From an uncultured Bdellovibrionales bacterium (GTDB lineage: Bacteria; Patescibacteriota; Minisyncoccia; Moranbacterales; GWC2-37-73), in NCBI GenBank assembly GCA_964609855.1, contig CAZSTB010000001.1, forward strand, positions 119,170 to 183,169: a stretch of 64,000 bases of DNA, read 5' to 3'. A program made the translations under genes and the position numbers. Below, in pieces: positions 20,264 through 29,266 of the stretch. The stretch's first letter is position 1. The number at the start of each line of letters is the position of its first letter. The notes under the pieces are model-generated. The model was not told where the DNA came from. It searched no databases and was given only the letters and a program-made list of their open reading frames with translations.

Positions 20264-20424
20264 CTAATCATTTAAACAGCTAATCATTCAAGCATTTAAA
20301 CAAATAAACATGTAAACATGTAAACACTTAATCATTTAAACATGTAAACATTCAAACATTCAAACATTCAAACATTCAAACAATATGAATCGCTGTTTAA
20401 ATGTTTACATGTTTAAATGATCAT
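20264..20424. repeat. 8-bp tandem repeat array with short inverted arm
   Basis: 15 units (consensus NTAAACAT/TCAAACAT) at 20264-20383; 3-4 reverse-complement units at 20393-20424. Confidence 0.92.
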
Positions 20425-20433
20425 ATGAAATGG

Positions 20434-20509
20434 TTGACTTTTTCCAAATTTGGGTGTATAATAGATATAGTTGAATAGATAGAGTAAAAACGGGTGAAAG
20501 CCCGTTTTT
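20434..20509 (+). promoter_or_regulatory. Promoter followed by terminator-like hairpin (leader or sRNA, copy 1)
   Basis: TTGACT-17-TATAAT; AAAAACGGG-TGAAAG-CCCGTTTTT at 20486-20509. Confidence 0.7.
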
Positions 20510-20596
20510 GCTTATTTTTCAAATTAATTTTAGCTTAACAAAGCCATTTAACCTTAAAAAGAGTTCGAAAGCGGGTGGTTAAATAGGTCAAAACAA

Positions 20597-21343
20597 ATGC
20601 GTAAAAAAGTAACAGCAAAAAAATCAAAAGCTTCAGTTAAGCCTAAAAAGGCTAAGACTATGCAAATGGTGAAAACTCAAAAAATCGCCAAGAAAGTTAA
20701 ACCTGCCAAGAAAGCTGTAGCAATAAGGAAAATTCGTAAGACTACGAAAGCGCTTTTCGCTTTAGGTAATTTAAATTCCTCGCATGCTAGAATTTTAATT
20801 TTATTGATCCTGATTATTTTTACTTTAACTTTCATGGTTGCATGGAGAATGCAAACTGATGATAATGATAATCTAAAAAATGCACAGATAAAGGTTGCCC
20901 AGGTTAAGCAGCAAACTCCCCTTGAAAAAGAAATTGCTGATATGGTGCAAGGTTATCCGATTGAAAAAATGATGCCATATATTTTGAAACAGGAGCCGAA
21001 GACCGCGATGTTTCTGGTGGCTATCGCTAAGAAAGAAAGTGCATGGGGAAAAAGGAAGCCGGTTTTAAATGGCGAAGATTGTTTCAATTATTGGGGCTTT
21101 CGTCTGAAAGCTGAACGAATGGGCTCAGGAGGTCATACTTGTTTTGACTCTCCAAAGCAAGCTGTTGAGAAAGTAGCTGAACGTATTGATCAGTTAGTCA
21201 AAGAAGAGGAAATCGATACGCCGTCTGACATGATCGTTTGGAAATGCGGTTATGGTTGTCAGGATAAACCCAAGACTATCAGTGAAAAAAAATGGATTAA
21301 TGATGTGGATTTCTATTACAGTGCGATGAATGAATATCTGTAA
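20597..21343 (+). CDS. Membrane-anchored lysozyme-like protein (paralog 1) with Lys-rich N-terminus
   Basis: AIAKKESAWG...CFNYWG; similar to 48634 and 49871. Confidence 0.65.
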   Translation: MRKKVTAKKSKASVKPKKAKTMQMVKTQKIAKKVKPAKKAVAIRKIRKTTKALFALGNLNSSHARILILLILIIFTLTFMVAWRMQTDDNDNLKNAQIKVAQVKQQTPLEKEIADMVQGYPIEKMMPYILKQEPKTAMFLVAIAKKESAWGKRKPVLNGEDCFNYWGFRLKAERMGSGGHTCFDSPKQAVEKVAERIDQLVKEEEIDTPSDMIVWKCGYGCQDKPKTISEKKWINDVDFYYSAMNEYL

Positions 21344-21364
21344 AGATTCAATAGTGATATTTTC

Positions 21365-21388
21365 AAAAAAGGACTCCGGTCCTTTTTT
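21365..21388 (+). terminator. Intrinsic terminator
   Basis: AAAAAAGGAC-TCCG-GTCCTTTTTT. Confidence 0.8.
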
Positions 21389-21477
21389 GCTTCTTTTCAT
21401 TGTTTACATTTCTTTTTATCCATGTTATTGTCTTTTATTCTTTGAAAATTAAAAAACGATAAAGGGAGGAGAGCAGT

Positions 21478-22536
21478 ATGAGTGATATTACGCTTCTTGT
21501 GAATTTTTATCCGACTACCAGATGCAATGTGGGTTGTTCGCACTGCATTGATGATGCATGCATGAAAAACCCGATTGATCTTCCGATTGAATATGTTCAC
21601 TTGCTAAACAAGCAGCTCGAGAAGCATCAATACTATGCCCAATATTGCGCCACAGGGAATGGAGAACCATTGCTTCATCCGAAATTCAACGCGTTGATTG
21701 ATTCGTTGTTTTCTTATCGCAGAAATAAGGGCATGACTTTACTCACTGCTGGTTATAACAATAAGGAATTGGAAAAACGTGATAATTTCAGAAGGCTCCT
21801 GCAAAAGGATTATATCAGAAGAATTCAGCCACATTTGAGTTTCAATTTGTACTCGGATTTTCCTGAGCGGTGGGATGCTGTTTTGCCAGACATTATGAAC
21901 TGTGAAAGGGATTTCAGTGTTCTTGCAAATATTTGTTACAGTGTCAGTAATCGGCTGGAAACGTTGAAAAGTTTTGATGATATATTCCGACGATATGCAC
22001 TGAACAGTGGATATGGCGAAAATCTGAGAGCATTAATTTGTGGAGGAGGGAGTCAATTTTGTCTTCGAGCTGAGCCTTTAGTGGATAGCCATGGCTTCCC
22101 ATATCATGAAAGACAAATGCTTTTGCCTCAAAACTTCATCTACTTTCTGTCTGGAAAGCATGGAAGACGCTTTTTCGGAGTGCGACGTGCGCATATTGCC
22201 AAACAAGGAAGAGCGGCGCAATTGAGGGAGATTATTGCAGGAAAAGATTATTGCCCAGATTTCTTGAGTGAATTTAATCTCGAGCTTCATCTTAATCCGG
22301 ACGGATTTTGGTATGCCAATCACACTTGTCCTAAAATTCCGCAATTGTGCCTGGGTCATATCGAAAAAGATGATATTGACGTGATAGTGCGTAGAAAGTT
22401 TTTCTTTTGGAGATTTATAAATAGCGCACTTATCTTGGAACGTAGGAATTATGATCCAATGGAGCCTTGCGCCGCATGCCTCATGCTATGCAATGAGCAT
22501 GACGTTATGAGTGTTATCAGCGAAATTGCTGAATAG
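21478..22536 (+). CDS. Radical SAM protein with SPASM/twitch-like C-terminus
   Basis: CNVGCSHC (CX3CX2C), GNGEPLLHP, C-terminal C..LGHI...CAAC; strong SD AGGGAGGAG. Confidence 0.85.
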   Translation: MSDITLLVNFYPTTRCNVGCSHCIDDACMKNPIDLPIEYVHLLNKQLEKHQYYAQYCATGNGEPLLHPKFNALIDSLFSYRRNKGMTLLTAGYNNKELEKRDNFRRLLQKDYIRRIQPHLSFNLYSDFPERWDAVLPDIMNCERDFSVLANICYSVSNRLETLKSFDDIFRRYALNSGYGENLRALICGGGSQFCLRAEPLVDSHGFPYHERQMLLPQNFIYFLSGKHGRRFFGVRRAHIAKQGRAAQLREIIAGKDYCPDFLSEFNLELHLNPDGFWYANHTCPKIPQLCLGHIEKDDIDVIVRRKFFFWRFINSALILERRNYDPMEPCAACLMLCNEHDVMSVISEIAE

Positions 22537-22542
22537 TTTCGA

Positions 22543-22571
22543 TGCCGACTTGAAAAAGTCGGCATTTTTTT
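22543..22571 (+). terminator. Intrinsic terminator
   Basis: TGCCGACTT-GAAA-AAGTCGGCA-TTTTTTT. Confidence 0.85.
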
Positions 22572-22678
22572 ATAAAAAACAAAACTTAAAGGACTTTTTA
22601 CAATTTTTAATTTATGCTATGATGGAAAAACGTTGCGGAGCAACACGGAAAGTAATAAATAAAACTAATAATAAAATT

Positions 22679-23047
22679 ATGCAAAACATCCAAGACGTTT
22701 TCAATCATATTCGTGAGATGAAAAAAGAACAAAAAGATTTGCGCGATATGTATAAGGATGCGCTTGTGCAAGCCGATGAATATGAGGAAATTGTAGAAAA
22801 AATTACAGTTTTGCGTGAAAAGAAAAAAGAGATTGAAGCTCGTATCCAAGCTCAATTAGGAAGAGCTTACGAAAAACTGGAGGACTTGAAGCGTGAAGTT
22901 GATACCGAAAAAGAAATGATGAATGATATCGCAATCTCAACTTTGATGAAAGGGGAGACTGTTTTGGTGAAAGATGAATTTGATAACGACTATGAACCCA
23001 ACTGGAAAGTGGCTTTTAAAAAAGCTAACGGTGGAACTACGGTTTAG
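22679..23047 (+). CDS. Hypothetical coiled-coil protein
   Basis: Likely start MQNIQDVF at 22679 (upstream in-frame part overlaps a terminator); terminator at ~23070-23099. Confidence 0.75.
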   Translation: MQNIQDVFNHIREMKKEQKDLRDMYKDALVQADEYEEIVEKITVLREKKKEIEARIQAQLGRAYEKLEDLKREVDTEKEMMNDIAISTLMKGETVLVKDEFDNDYEPNWKVAFKKANGGTTV

Positions 23048-23175
23048 TTTATATCCAAAAAAGCTCTTAAAAAATCTCGCATTTATGCGGGATTTTTTTG
23101 TTGCCTAAAGAATAAGCAAAAAATCAAATTGTAATATTCGGTAGCTGAAAAGCTGATAACAATAAATATGAAGAT

Positions 23176-24141
23176 ATGAAAAATAATAATCGAGTAGCTT
23201 TAATCGGTAGCGGTTTCGTCGGTGAAGCGGCTGGCAGGGGCTTTCATGAAAAGGGAAATGACGTTTTCTTTTTCGATATAAATAAATTCGTAATAGCTGC
23301 TTTGCAACAAGCGGGATTTAAAGCCGACCATATTAGTAGGCTTGACGACACTTCTAGTTTTTTTGATTTTTTATTATTAAGTTTGCCGACTCCCACCATC
23401 GGCGGACACACCTCCCTCGAGTTTTTAAAAGTCGCTTTAACGGATGTGGGAAAATATTTAAAAGGTGCAAGCAACTATCCGGTTATTGTGGTTAGAAGCA
23501 CTGTTCCACCTGGCACAACTGAGGATTTGGTTATTTCTATTTTAGAAAAAAAATCCGGAAAAAAAATAGGCAGAGATTTCGGTGTTTGTATGAATCCGGA
23601 ATTTCTCAGGGAGGCAACAGCAAAAGAGGATTTTGCGAGACCATGGATAATCGTAATCGGAAGTAATGATGAAAGATCGCGCACACGTTTGCATGACTTG
23701 TATGCGCCTTTTAAGAGTCCGATTGTTCACATGTCCATTAAAGAAGCGGAAATGACAAAATATGTGCACAACCTTTTAAATGCCACCAAGATCTCTTTCT
23801 TCAACGAAATGAGGGCAGTGAATGAGATGATGGGAATCGATTCGGAACTTGAATTCAAAACAGTTGTAAAGAGCGCGGAAGCGATTTGGAATCCCGAATA
23901 CGGAACAAAAGATTTCGGACCTTTCGGAGGTTCATGTCTGCCGAAGGATACGAGCGGATTTTTTAGCTGGGTGAAAGATAGACACAAGATGGAACTCCCG
24001 GTTTTAAAGGGAACGATAGAAACTAATGAGTGGATGAAAAAAAACAAGACAGTTGAAGCTGAAAAAGGTGTTAAAAATTACCCTAAAATGCTTGGCGTTT
24101 TAAAAATCAAAAAACTGCATAAGAAAAAAATTAATATTTAA
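23176..24141 (+). CDS. UDP-glucose/GDP-mannose 6-dehydrogenase family protein (short form)
   Basis: GSGFVG Rossmann motif, LPTP, RSTVPPGTT, NPEFLRE, AEMTKY..N, catalytic GGSCLPKD; C-terminal domain absent. Confidence 0.92.
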   Translation: MKNNNRVALIGSGFVGEAAGRGFHEKGNDVFFFDINKFVIAALQQAGFKADHISRLDDTSSFFDFLLLSLPTPTIGGHTSLEFLKVALTDVGKYLKGASNYPVIVVRSTVPPGTTEDLVISILEKKSGKKIGRDFGVCMNPEFLREATAKEDFARPWIIVIGSNDERSRTRLHDLYAPFKSPIVHMSIKEAEMTKYVHNLLNATKISFFNEMRAVNEMMGIDSELEFKTVVKSAEAIWNPEYGTKDFGPFGGSCLPKDTSGFFSWVKDRHKMELPVLKGTIETNEWMKKNKTVEAEKGVKNYPKMLGVLKIKKLHKKKINI

Positions 24142-24145
24142 AGGT

Positions 24146-26914
24146 ATGTACGAAGATTTTTTAAGATATTTGAATATTGTATGGTTTTTTGTGCCTTTGG
24201 GCGTAGTGGGAATTTGGAGGTGGTCAATCTGGCTCACAAAAAAGTTGGTAGCGGCATTTTATCGGATGCCATCGGGAGAAATTCTCAAAGCCACCTTGGC
24301 GATAATAACGCCGGTTTATAATGAAAATCCACAAATATTCAAATGCGCCTTGAATTCCTGGAAAATGAATGGATCGCCTGATGAGATTATTGCCGTAATA
24401 GATTTTACAGATGAGGCATGCATTGAAGTGTTTAAAAGTTTTGCAAGAAAAAATCTTAGCGCAAAACTTATCGTCACGAAACTGCCGGGCAAAAGACAAG
24501 CATTAGCGGATGGCATTAGAAATGCAAGCAGCGAATTTGTGGCGCTTGTTGATAGTGACACGCTCTGGATTGATCCAATCAGGGATAAACTGCTGGCGCC
24601 TTTTTCGGATAATTTAGTTGGTGGAGTTTCGCCGCGGCAAGATATTTATCAGCCCAATAGTTTGGCGAGAAAATTATTCCAACTGAATTTATATAATCGG
24701 TATTTCGTTGAGATGCCTTTTTTGGGAGCGGTTGGCGATGCCCTGACTTGCTTGTCTGGCAGAACTGCTGTTTATAGGAAGTCTGCGGTCGAAGATGTGC
24801 TTGACCGACTGGTTGAAGAAAAATTTTTAGGTACGCCGTCGGTAAGCGGCGACGATAAGACATTGACGAGATTGATTCAGCAGGCCGGATGGAAAGCGAA
24901 ATACTTACGCGAAGCAGTGGTTTATACGCCGGGATTTAAGCGTCTTACTCCTTTTCTGCAGCAGATTATTCGTTGGAGTCGAAACAGTTGGCGTAGCGAT
25001 CTGCAAACCGTCTTTGACGGCTGGGTCTGGAAAAACCATAAAGTTCTCGGTTTGTATATGCTCGATAGGTTCCTGCAACCGTTTACATTGCTTTTGTCGC
25101 CGGTTTATTTGGTAGTGGCCCTAAGCTCTGGATATTGGAGATTCGCAGTTATTCTTATTATCTGGTGGCTGTTTAGCAGATCGATAAAAGTTTTTGGTCA
25201 TTTGAAAAAGCATCCAAGAGATATCTTAATCATTACACAGTATGTGATATTCACATTTGTTTCAGCGCTGATAAAAATTTATGCCTTGATAACTATCATG
25301 CAGCAAGGGTGGATTACTCGTTGGGACAAGAGCCGCATGCGAAAAATATCACTGCCGCTTCAATCATTCGCTTATGCGTTCACAGCTTTAATTATCTTTG
25401 CTTATGTGGGCATGATTTTTACATATAGAAATGAATCAAATCAAACTCAAAATTTTGATAATATCGCAATTAAAAGCGTCATTGCGACCGGTCCGAGAGA
25501 ACTTTCCAATTCTCGGCTAGTTGCCATGAAGCAGGATATATTAGCGGGAAGCGTAAATGATTCCAACGGAATTTACGCCGTAAAGTCAGGTGATTTTTTG
25601 CTGCTCTTGAAAAACAAGTTCAATCTAGCTTCCATTGATTTTTTGAAAACTGCAGATAATGAACCAATTGTGAATCCTAATAATATTTCCGTCGGACAAA
25701 AAATCGCCATCCCGTCGAAAGAAATGCGAAATATTTTAAATGCGGATGAGCTTCGCAAAAAGTCATATCGCCCTGCGATAATATTTTATGACAGCGGCTT
25801 GGATACGATATTTATTAAAGGCAGCGGAAGTGTGGTTACACCAACCATAATCAATAAGGCGCTTGGACGAAATTCTTCACTGCAAAAAACAAGCGATGGG
25901 GAATGGCTTTTGAAATCCAATCTTTACATAGGAAAAAATGTTACCTTGGTAATTGATAAACAGGATACGAAATATTTAAAATTAAAAAGTGACAATGAAA
26001 AATTTATCTGGATTCGTTCGCAAAATGGAAACATTCTGATTTCAGATACGAAAGTAACATCTTGGAATGAAAAAACTCAGCAACCAGATGACGAGCATAT
26101 TGATGGTAGAAGTTACATAACGGCTAAATCCAGCGGACGAATGGATATAACTAATTCTGAAATCGGACATTTGGGATATGTGGGTCTGCCGAAAAGAGGA
26201 GGACCGTTTGGCGGCTCATATGGGTTGTCTTGGAAAATAACCAGCGGAAAATTCAAGGACAATTTACTGACAGGTTCAGTCATGAACAGTTCGATTCATG
26301 ATAATTATTTCGGAATCTACTCTTTCGGCGCAACTGGGATTCTAATAAAAAATAACGATGTATTTCATAATGTGGAATACGGAATCGACCCACATGATGA
26401 TTCCAATAATTTTTTGATTACAGAAAATAGGACATACGAAAATGGAAATCATGGCATTATTCTTTCCAAGCGGTGTGTTAATAACGAAATTACAAATAAT
26501 ATTTCTTATAATAACAAGCTGCACGGAATAATGCTTGATCGGGATTCTAATAATAATTATGTGATTGGGAATGAGGTTTATGGAAATATTGACGGGATAA
26601 CTGTTTTCGAATCCGAACGAAATTTCATATTTGAGAATAAAATTGCTGATAACAAGCAAGGCATTCGACTCAATGGTGGTTCGGAATTTAACTATATCGA
26701 AAAAAATAATATTAGGAATAATGAAACGGGCATGCATGTGTATGGCGGCTCGAATAATAACGTAGCACTTAATAACAGTATTGTATCGAATAAAATAGGC
26801 TTATCTATTCAAAATTCGAACGGGAATATTTTTTATGGCAACTTTAAGCCGCATGACAATGAAAAAGATGGACACATAAATGTTGAATTAATCAGAAATG
26901 AAATTAAATTATAA
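24146..26914 (+). CDS. GT2 polysaccharide synthase fused to LysM-like and AlgG-like beta-helix domains
   Basis: GKRQAL, DSD, SGDD, QIIRW and TM helices; YAVKSGD...NPNNISVGQKIAIP; LGY, SYG, YGIDPHD followed by Asn-rich beta-helix repeats. Confidence 0.88.
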   Translation: MYEDFLRYLNIVWFFVPLGVVGIWRWSIWLTKKLVAAFYRMPSGEILKATLAIITPVYNENPQIFKCALNSWKMNGSPDEIIAVIDFTDEACIEVFKSFARKNLSAKLIVTKLPGKRQALADGIRNASSEFVALVDSDTLWIDPIRDKLLAPFSDNLVGGVSPRQDIYQPNSLARKLFQLNLYNRYFVEMPFLGAVGDALTCLSGRTAVYRKSAVEDVLDRLVEEKFLGTPSVSGDDKTLTRLIQQAGWKAKYLREAVVYTPGFKRLTPFLQQIIRWSRNSWRSDLQTVFDGWVWKNHKVLGLYMLDRFLQPFTLLLSPVYLVVALSSGYWRFAVILIIWWLFSRSIKVFGHLKKHPRDILIITQYVIFTFVSALIKIYALITIMQQGWITRWDKSRMRKISLPLQSFAYAFTALIIFAYVGMIFTYRNESNQTQNFDNIAIKSVIATGPRELSNSRLVAMKQDILAGSVNDSNGIYAVKSGDFLLLLKNKFNLASIDFLKTADNEPIVNPNNISVGQKIAIPSKEMRNILNADELRKKSYRPAIIFYDSGLDTIFIKGSGSVVTPTIINKALGRNSSLQKTSDGEWLLKSNLYIGKNVTLVIDKQDTKYLKLKSDNEKFIWIRSQNGNILISDTKVTSWNEKTQQPDDEHIDGRSYITAKSSGRMDITNSEIGHLGYVGLPKRGGPFGGSYGLSWKITSGKFKDNLLTGSVMNSSIHDNYFGIYSFGATGILIKNNDVFHNVEYGIDPHDDSNNFLITENRTYENGNHGIILSKRCVNNEITNNISYNNKLHGIMLDRDSNNNYVIGNEVYGNIDGITVFESERNFIFENKIADNKQGIRLNGGSEFNYIEKNNIRNNETGMHVYGGSNNNVALNNSIVSNKIGLSIQNSNGNIFYGNFKPHDNEKDGHINVELIRNEIKL

Positions 26915-28184
26915 AAAAATTATAATATTTTTGATGCTTATACTCTTGGCAACATTTTTTCTGTCAAAGTTTTTTAGAAATGGTGAAGGCGCGGAAGCAA
27001 CTATACTTGTAGATGACACGGATGATGTTAAAGGTCTAGGTTATTCAGGTCAACAAAAAATCGTGCAAGATTCTAACGGAAATTTCTTCGTAACCTACAG
27101 AAAAAAATATCAGGGCAGGTATGAAATATTTGTTGCTAGAATATATTTGAAAGACCAAAATTGGAAAGTATCAGGTACAGAAAAACCGGTAGCATTGGTA
27201 GGGTCAAAAGCTGATCAGCGTGTGCCTTCAATCAATATTGGTACCGACGGAGTCTTGTATGTGGTTTGGTACGGAAGCGATGCGAATGAAAAAAACCAGG
27301 TAAATAATCGACAGATAAAGTTTGTAAAGTCTGCTGATAGAGGAAATACCTGGTCGTCAGCAAAAAACATTTCCCATGTTGACGGCTATGAGAGCAGTCA
27401 AGCTTATTGGCAGGAACATCCGTATATTTTAGTCGGCAAGAATAATAATTTATATGTAACTTGGGAAGGAAAGGACCGCGAAAATTCCAATCAACAAATA
27501 AAATTTTCAAAGTCAACTGATGGAGGTGAATCGTGGTCAGACTGGAAAAATATTTCTCCGGCAAAAGATAATACGCAATCGCGACCAACGCTCGTAATTG
27601 ATAGCAGTAAAAGATTACATTTATTTTTCTACTCTTCCCAATTAAATCAGCAAGATAACCAACAAATTAATTATTCCTGGTCTGATGATGGAGGCGATTC
27701 CTGGAGCCCATTTGTGGCTCTTTCCCCAGAGGATGTTGATGCGCGGCATGTAACTGCAGCAGGGATATCTGACAGCGTGCATATTGCTTGGCGGCAATGG
27801 GATTTAAAAGGAGAAGCTAGAATAATGTATAAAAAACTAAGTAAGGGAAATTGGCAAGCTGCAGAGATAGTTAGTAATGATGGAGAAAATCAATTTTTCC
27901 CTTCGATATCTGCAGGTAGTGTTGGAAATGTAGTTATTGGTTGGATGGAAACAGAAGATTCATTCAGTTTGCCTAGGGAGGATCCTGATAGTGGAAAAAT
28001 ATACGCAGCAGTTTTACGCGGAAATTCATTCGGCAAGCGAATAAAAATTGCAACTGATGGAGAAAATTTATACGCCAATTTCCCTCAGAATAATGAAAAT
28101 AAGCATTTTACACCTTTAATTTTTGAGTCGGCAGCTTCTTCTGCTGGCGGATATAGCATAATTTTTAAATACTTAAAATTGTAG
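26898..28184 (+). CDS. Secreted BNR/Asp-box beta-propeller (sialidase-like fold)
   Basis: Signal/TM; Asp boxes SADRGNTW, STDGGESW, SDDGGDSW. Confidence 0.85.
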   Translation: MKLNYKKIIIFLMLILLATFFLSKFFRNGEGAEATILVDDTDDVKGLGYSGQQKIVQDSNGNFFVTYRKKYQGRYEIFVARIYLKDQNWKVSGTEKPVALVGSKADQRVPSINIGTDGVLYVVWYGSDANEKNQVNNRQIKFVKSADRGNTWSSAKNISHVDGYESSQAYWQEHPYILVGKNNNLYVTWEGKDRENSNQQIKFSKSTDGGESWSDWKNISPAKDNTQSRPTLVIDSSKRLHLFFYSSQLNQQDNQQINYSWSDDGGDSWSPFVALSPEDVDARHVTAAGISDSVHIAWRQWDLKGEARIMYKKLSKGNWQAAEIVSNDGENQFFPSISAGSVGNVVIGWMETEDSFSLPREDPDSGKIYAAVLRGNSFGKRIKIATDGENLYANFPQNNENKHFTPLIFESAASSAGGYSIIFKYLKL

Positions 28185-28231
28185 CCTTAAAGCTTTGCAA
28201 AAATGCGCATTAGTTGGTATAGTGTTCAGAT

Positions 28232-29206
28232 ATGAAAAAGAATTTTTGGGAAAATTTAAAGCGACCCTTTTTTGTGCTGGCGCCAATGGCTGACGTGACT
28301 GATTTTGCGCAGCGTCAGATGTTGGCTAAGTATGGGAAGCCTGATGTGACTTATACCGAATTTGTCAGCGCTGACGGGCTGGCAAATGAAAAGGGCAGAG
28401 AAGTTTTAATCAAAGATCTTCGCTTCAAGAAAAACGAGCATCCGATTGTAGCTCAAATTTTTGGCGCCAGGCCTGAGAATATCAAAATATCGGCGCGTAT
28501 CATTGCAGAGCTGGGTTTCGACGGAGTAGAAATAAACATGGGATGTCCGGACAAGAACGTTATTAAACAAGGCGCCGGAGCGGCGCTGATGAAAAATCCA
28601 GAGCTTGCGCGGGAACTTATCAGAGCAGCTAAAGAAGGCGCAGGAGAAATTCCCGTTTCAGTGAAAACTCGTATAGGCTTCAACAAAAATGAAATTGAAA
28701 CTTGGCTACCGGAACTTTTAGCGGAAAAGCCCGCGGTCATCACTATTCATGGTCGCACCAAAAAAGAGATGTCCGAAGTTGATGCTCATTGGGATGTGAT
28801 TGCCAGAGCTGTCCAAATCGCTCAAGGCAGCGGAGTTTTAGTGATAGGGAACGGCGATGTGAAAAATCTGGATGATGGGAGAAAAAAAGCTGAGCAGTCA
28901 GGAGTCGATGGGATTATGGTTGGACGCGCAATCTTTGGTGATCCTTGGTTTTTCAATACTGGTTTTGAAATTGAAAATATTCCGCTTGAAGAAAGATTCG
29001 CGGCGATGGTTGAGCACACGAAACTTTTTGAAAAAGAAATTTCTAATCTTAACATCAAAGGCTTTCATGTGATGAAAAAACATTTCAAAGCCTATGTCAG
29101 CGGTTTCGATGGTGCCAAAGAATTGAGAGCAAAATTAATGGAAACTGAAAATAGCTCACAGGTGAAAAAAATTATTGCCGAGTACTTTAAGGGTTTTACC
29201 GACTAG
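28232..29206 (+). CDS. dus: tRNA-dihydrouridine synthase
   Basis: LAPMADVTD, INMGCP, GAGAALM, SVKTRIG, IHGRT, GNGDV, GIMVGRA. Confidence 0.94.
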   Translation: MKKNFWENLKRPFFVLAPMADVTDFAQRQMLAKYGKPDVTYTEFVSADGLANEKGREVLIKDLRFKKNEHPIVAQIFGARPENIKISARIIAELGFDGVEINMGCPDKNVIKQGAGAALMKNPELARELIRAAKEGAGEIPVSVKTRIGFNKNEIETWLPELLAEKPAVITIHGRTKKEMSEVDAHWDVIARAVQIAQGSGVLVIGNGDVKNLDDGRKKAEQSGVDGIMVGRAIFGDPWFFNTGFEIENIPLEERFAAMVEHTKLFEKEISNLNIKGFHVMKKHFKAYVSGFDGAKELRAKLMETENSSQVKKIIAEYFKGFTD

Positions 29207-29266
29207 TTTTTTCTTCCCTATGTTAGATATGCTATAATTAAGGAGTCATATTTGTAATATAATATT

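Noticed and set aside
20264-20424. CRISPR array
   Set aside because: Contiguous 8-bp units with no spacers and no cas genes
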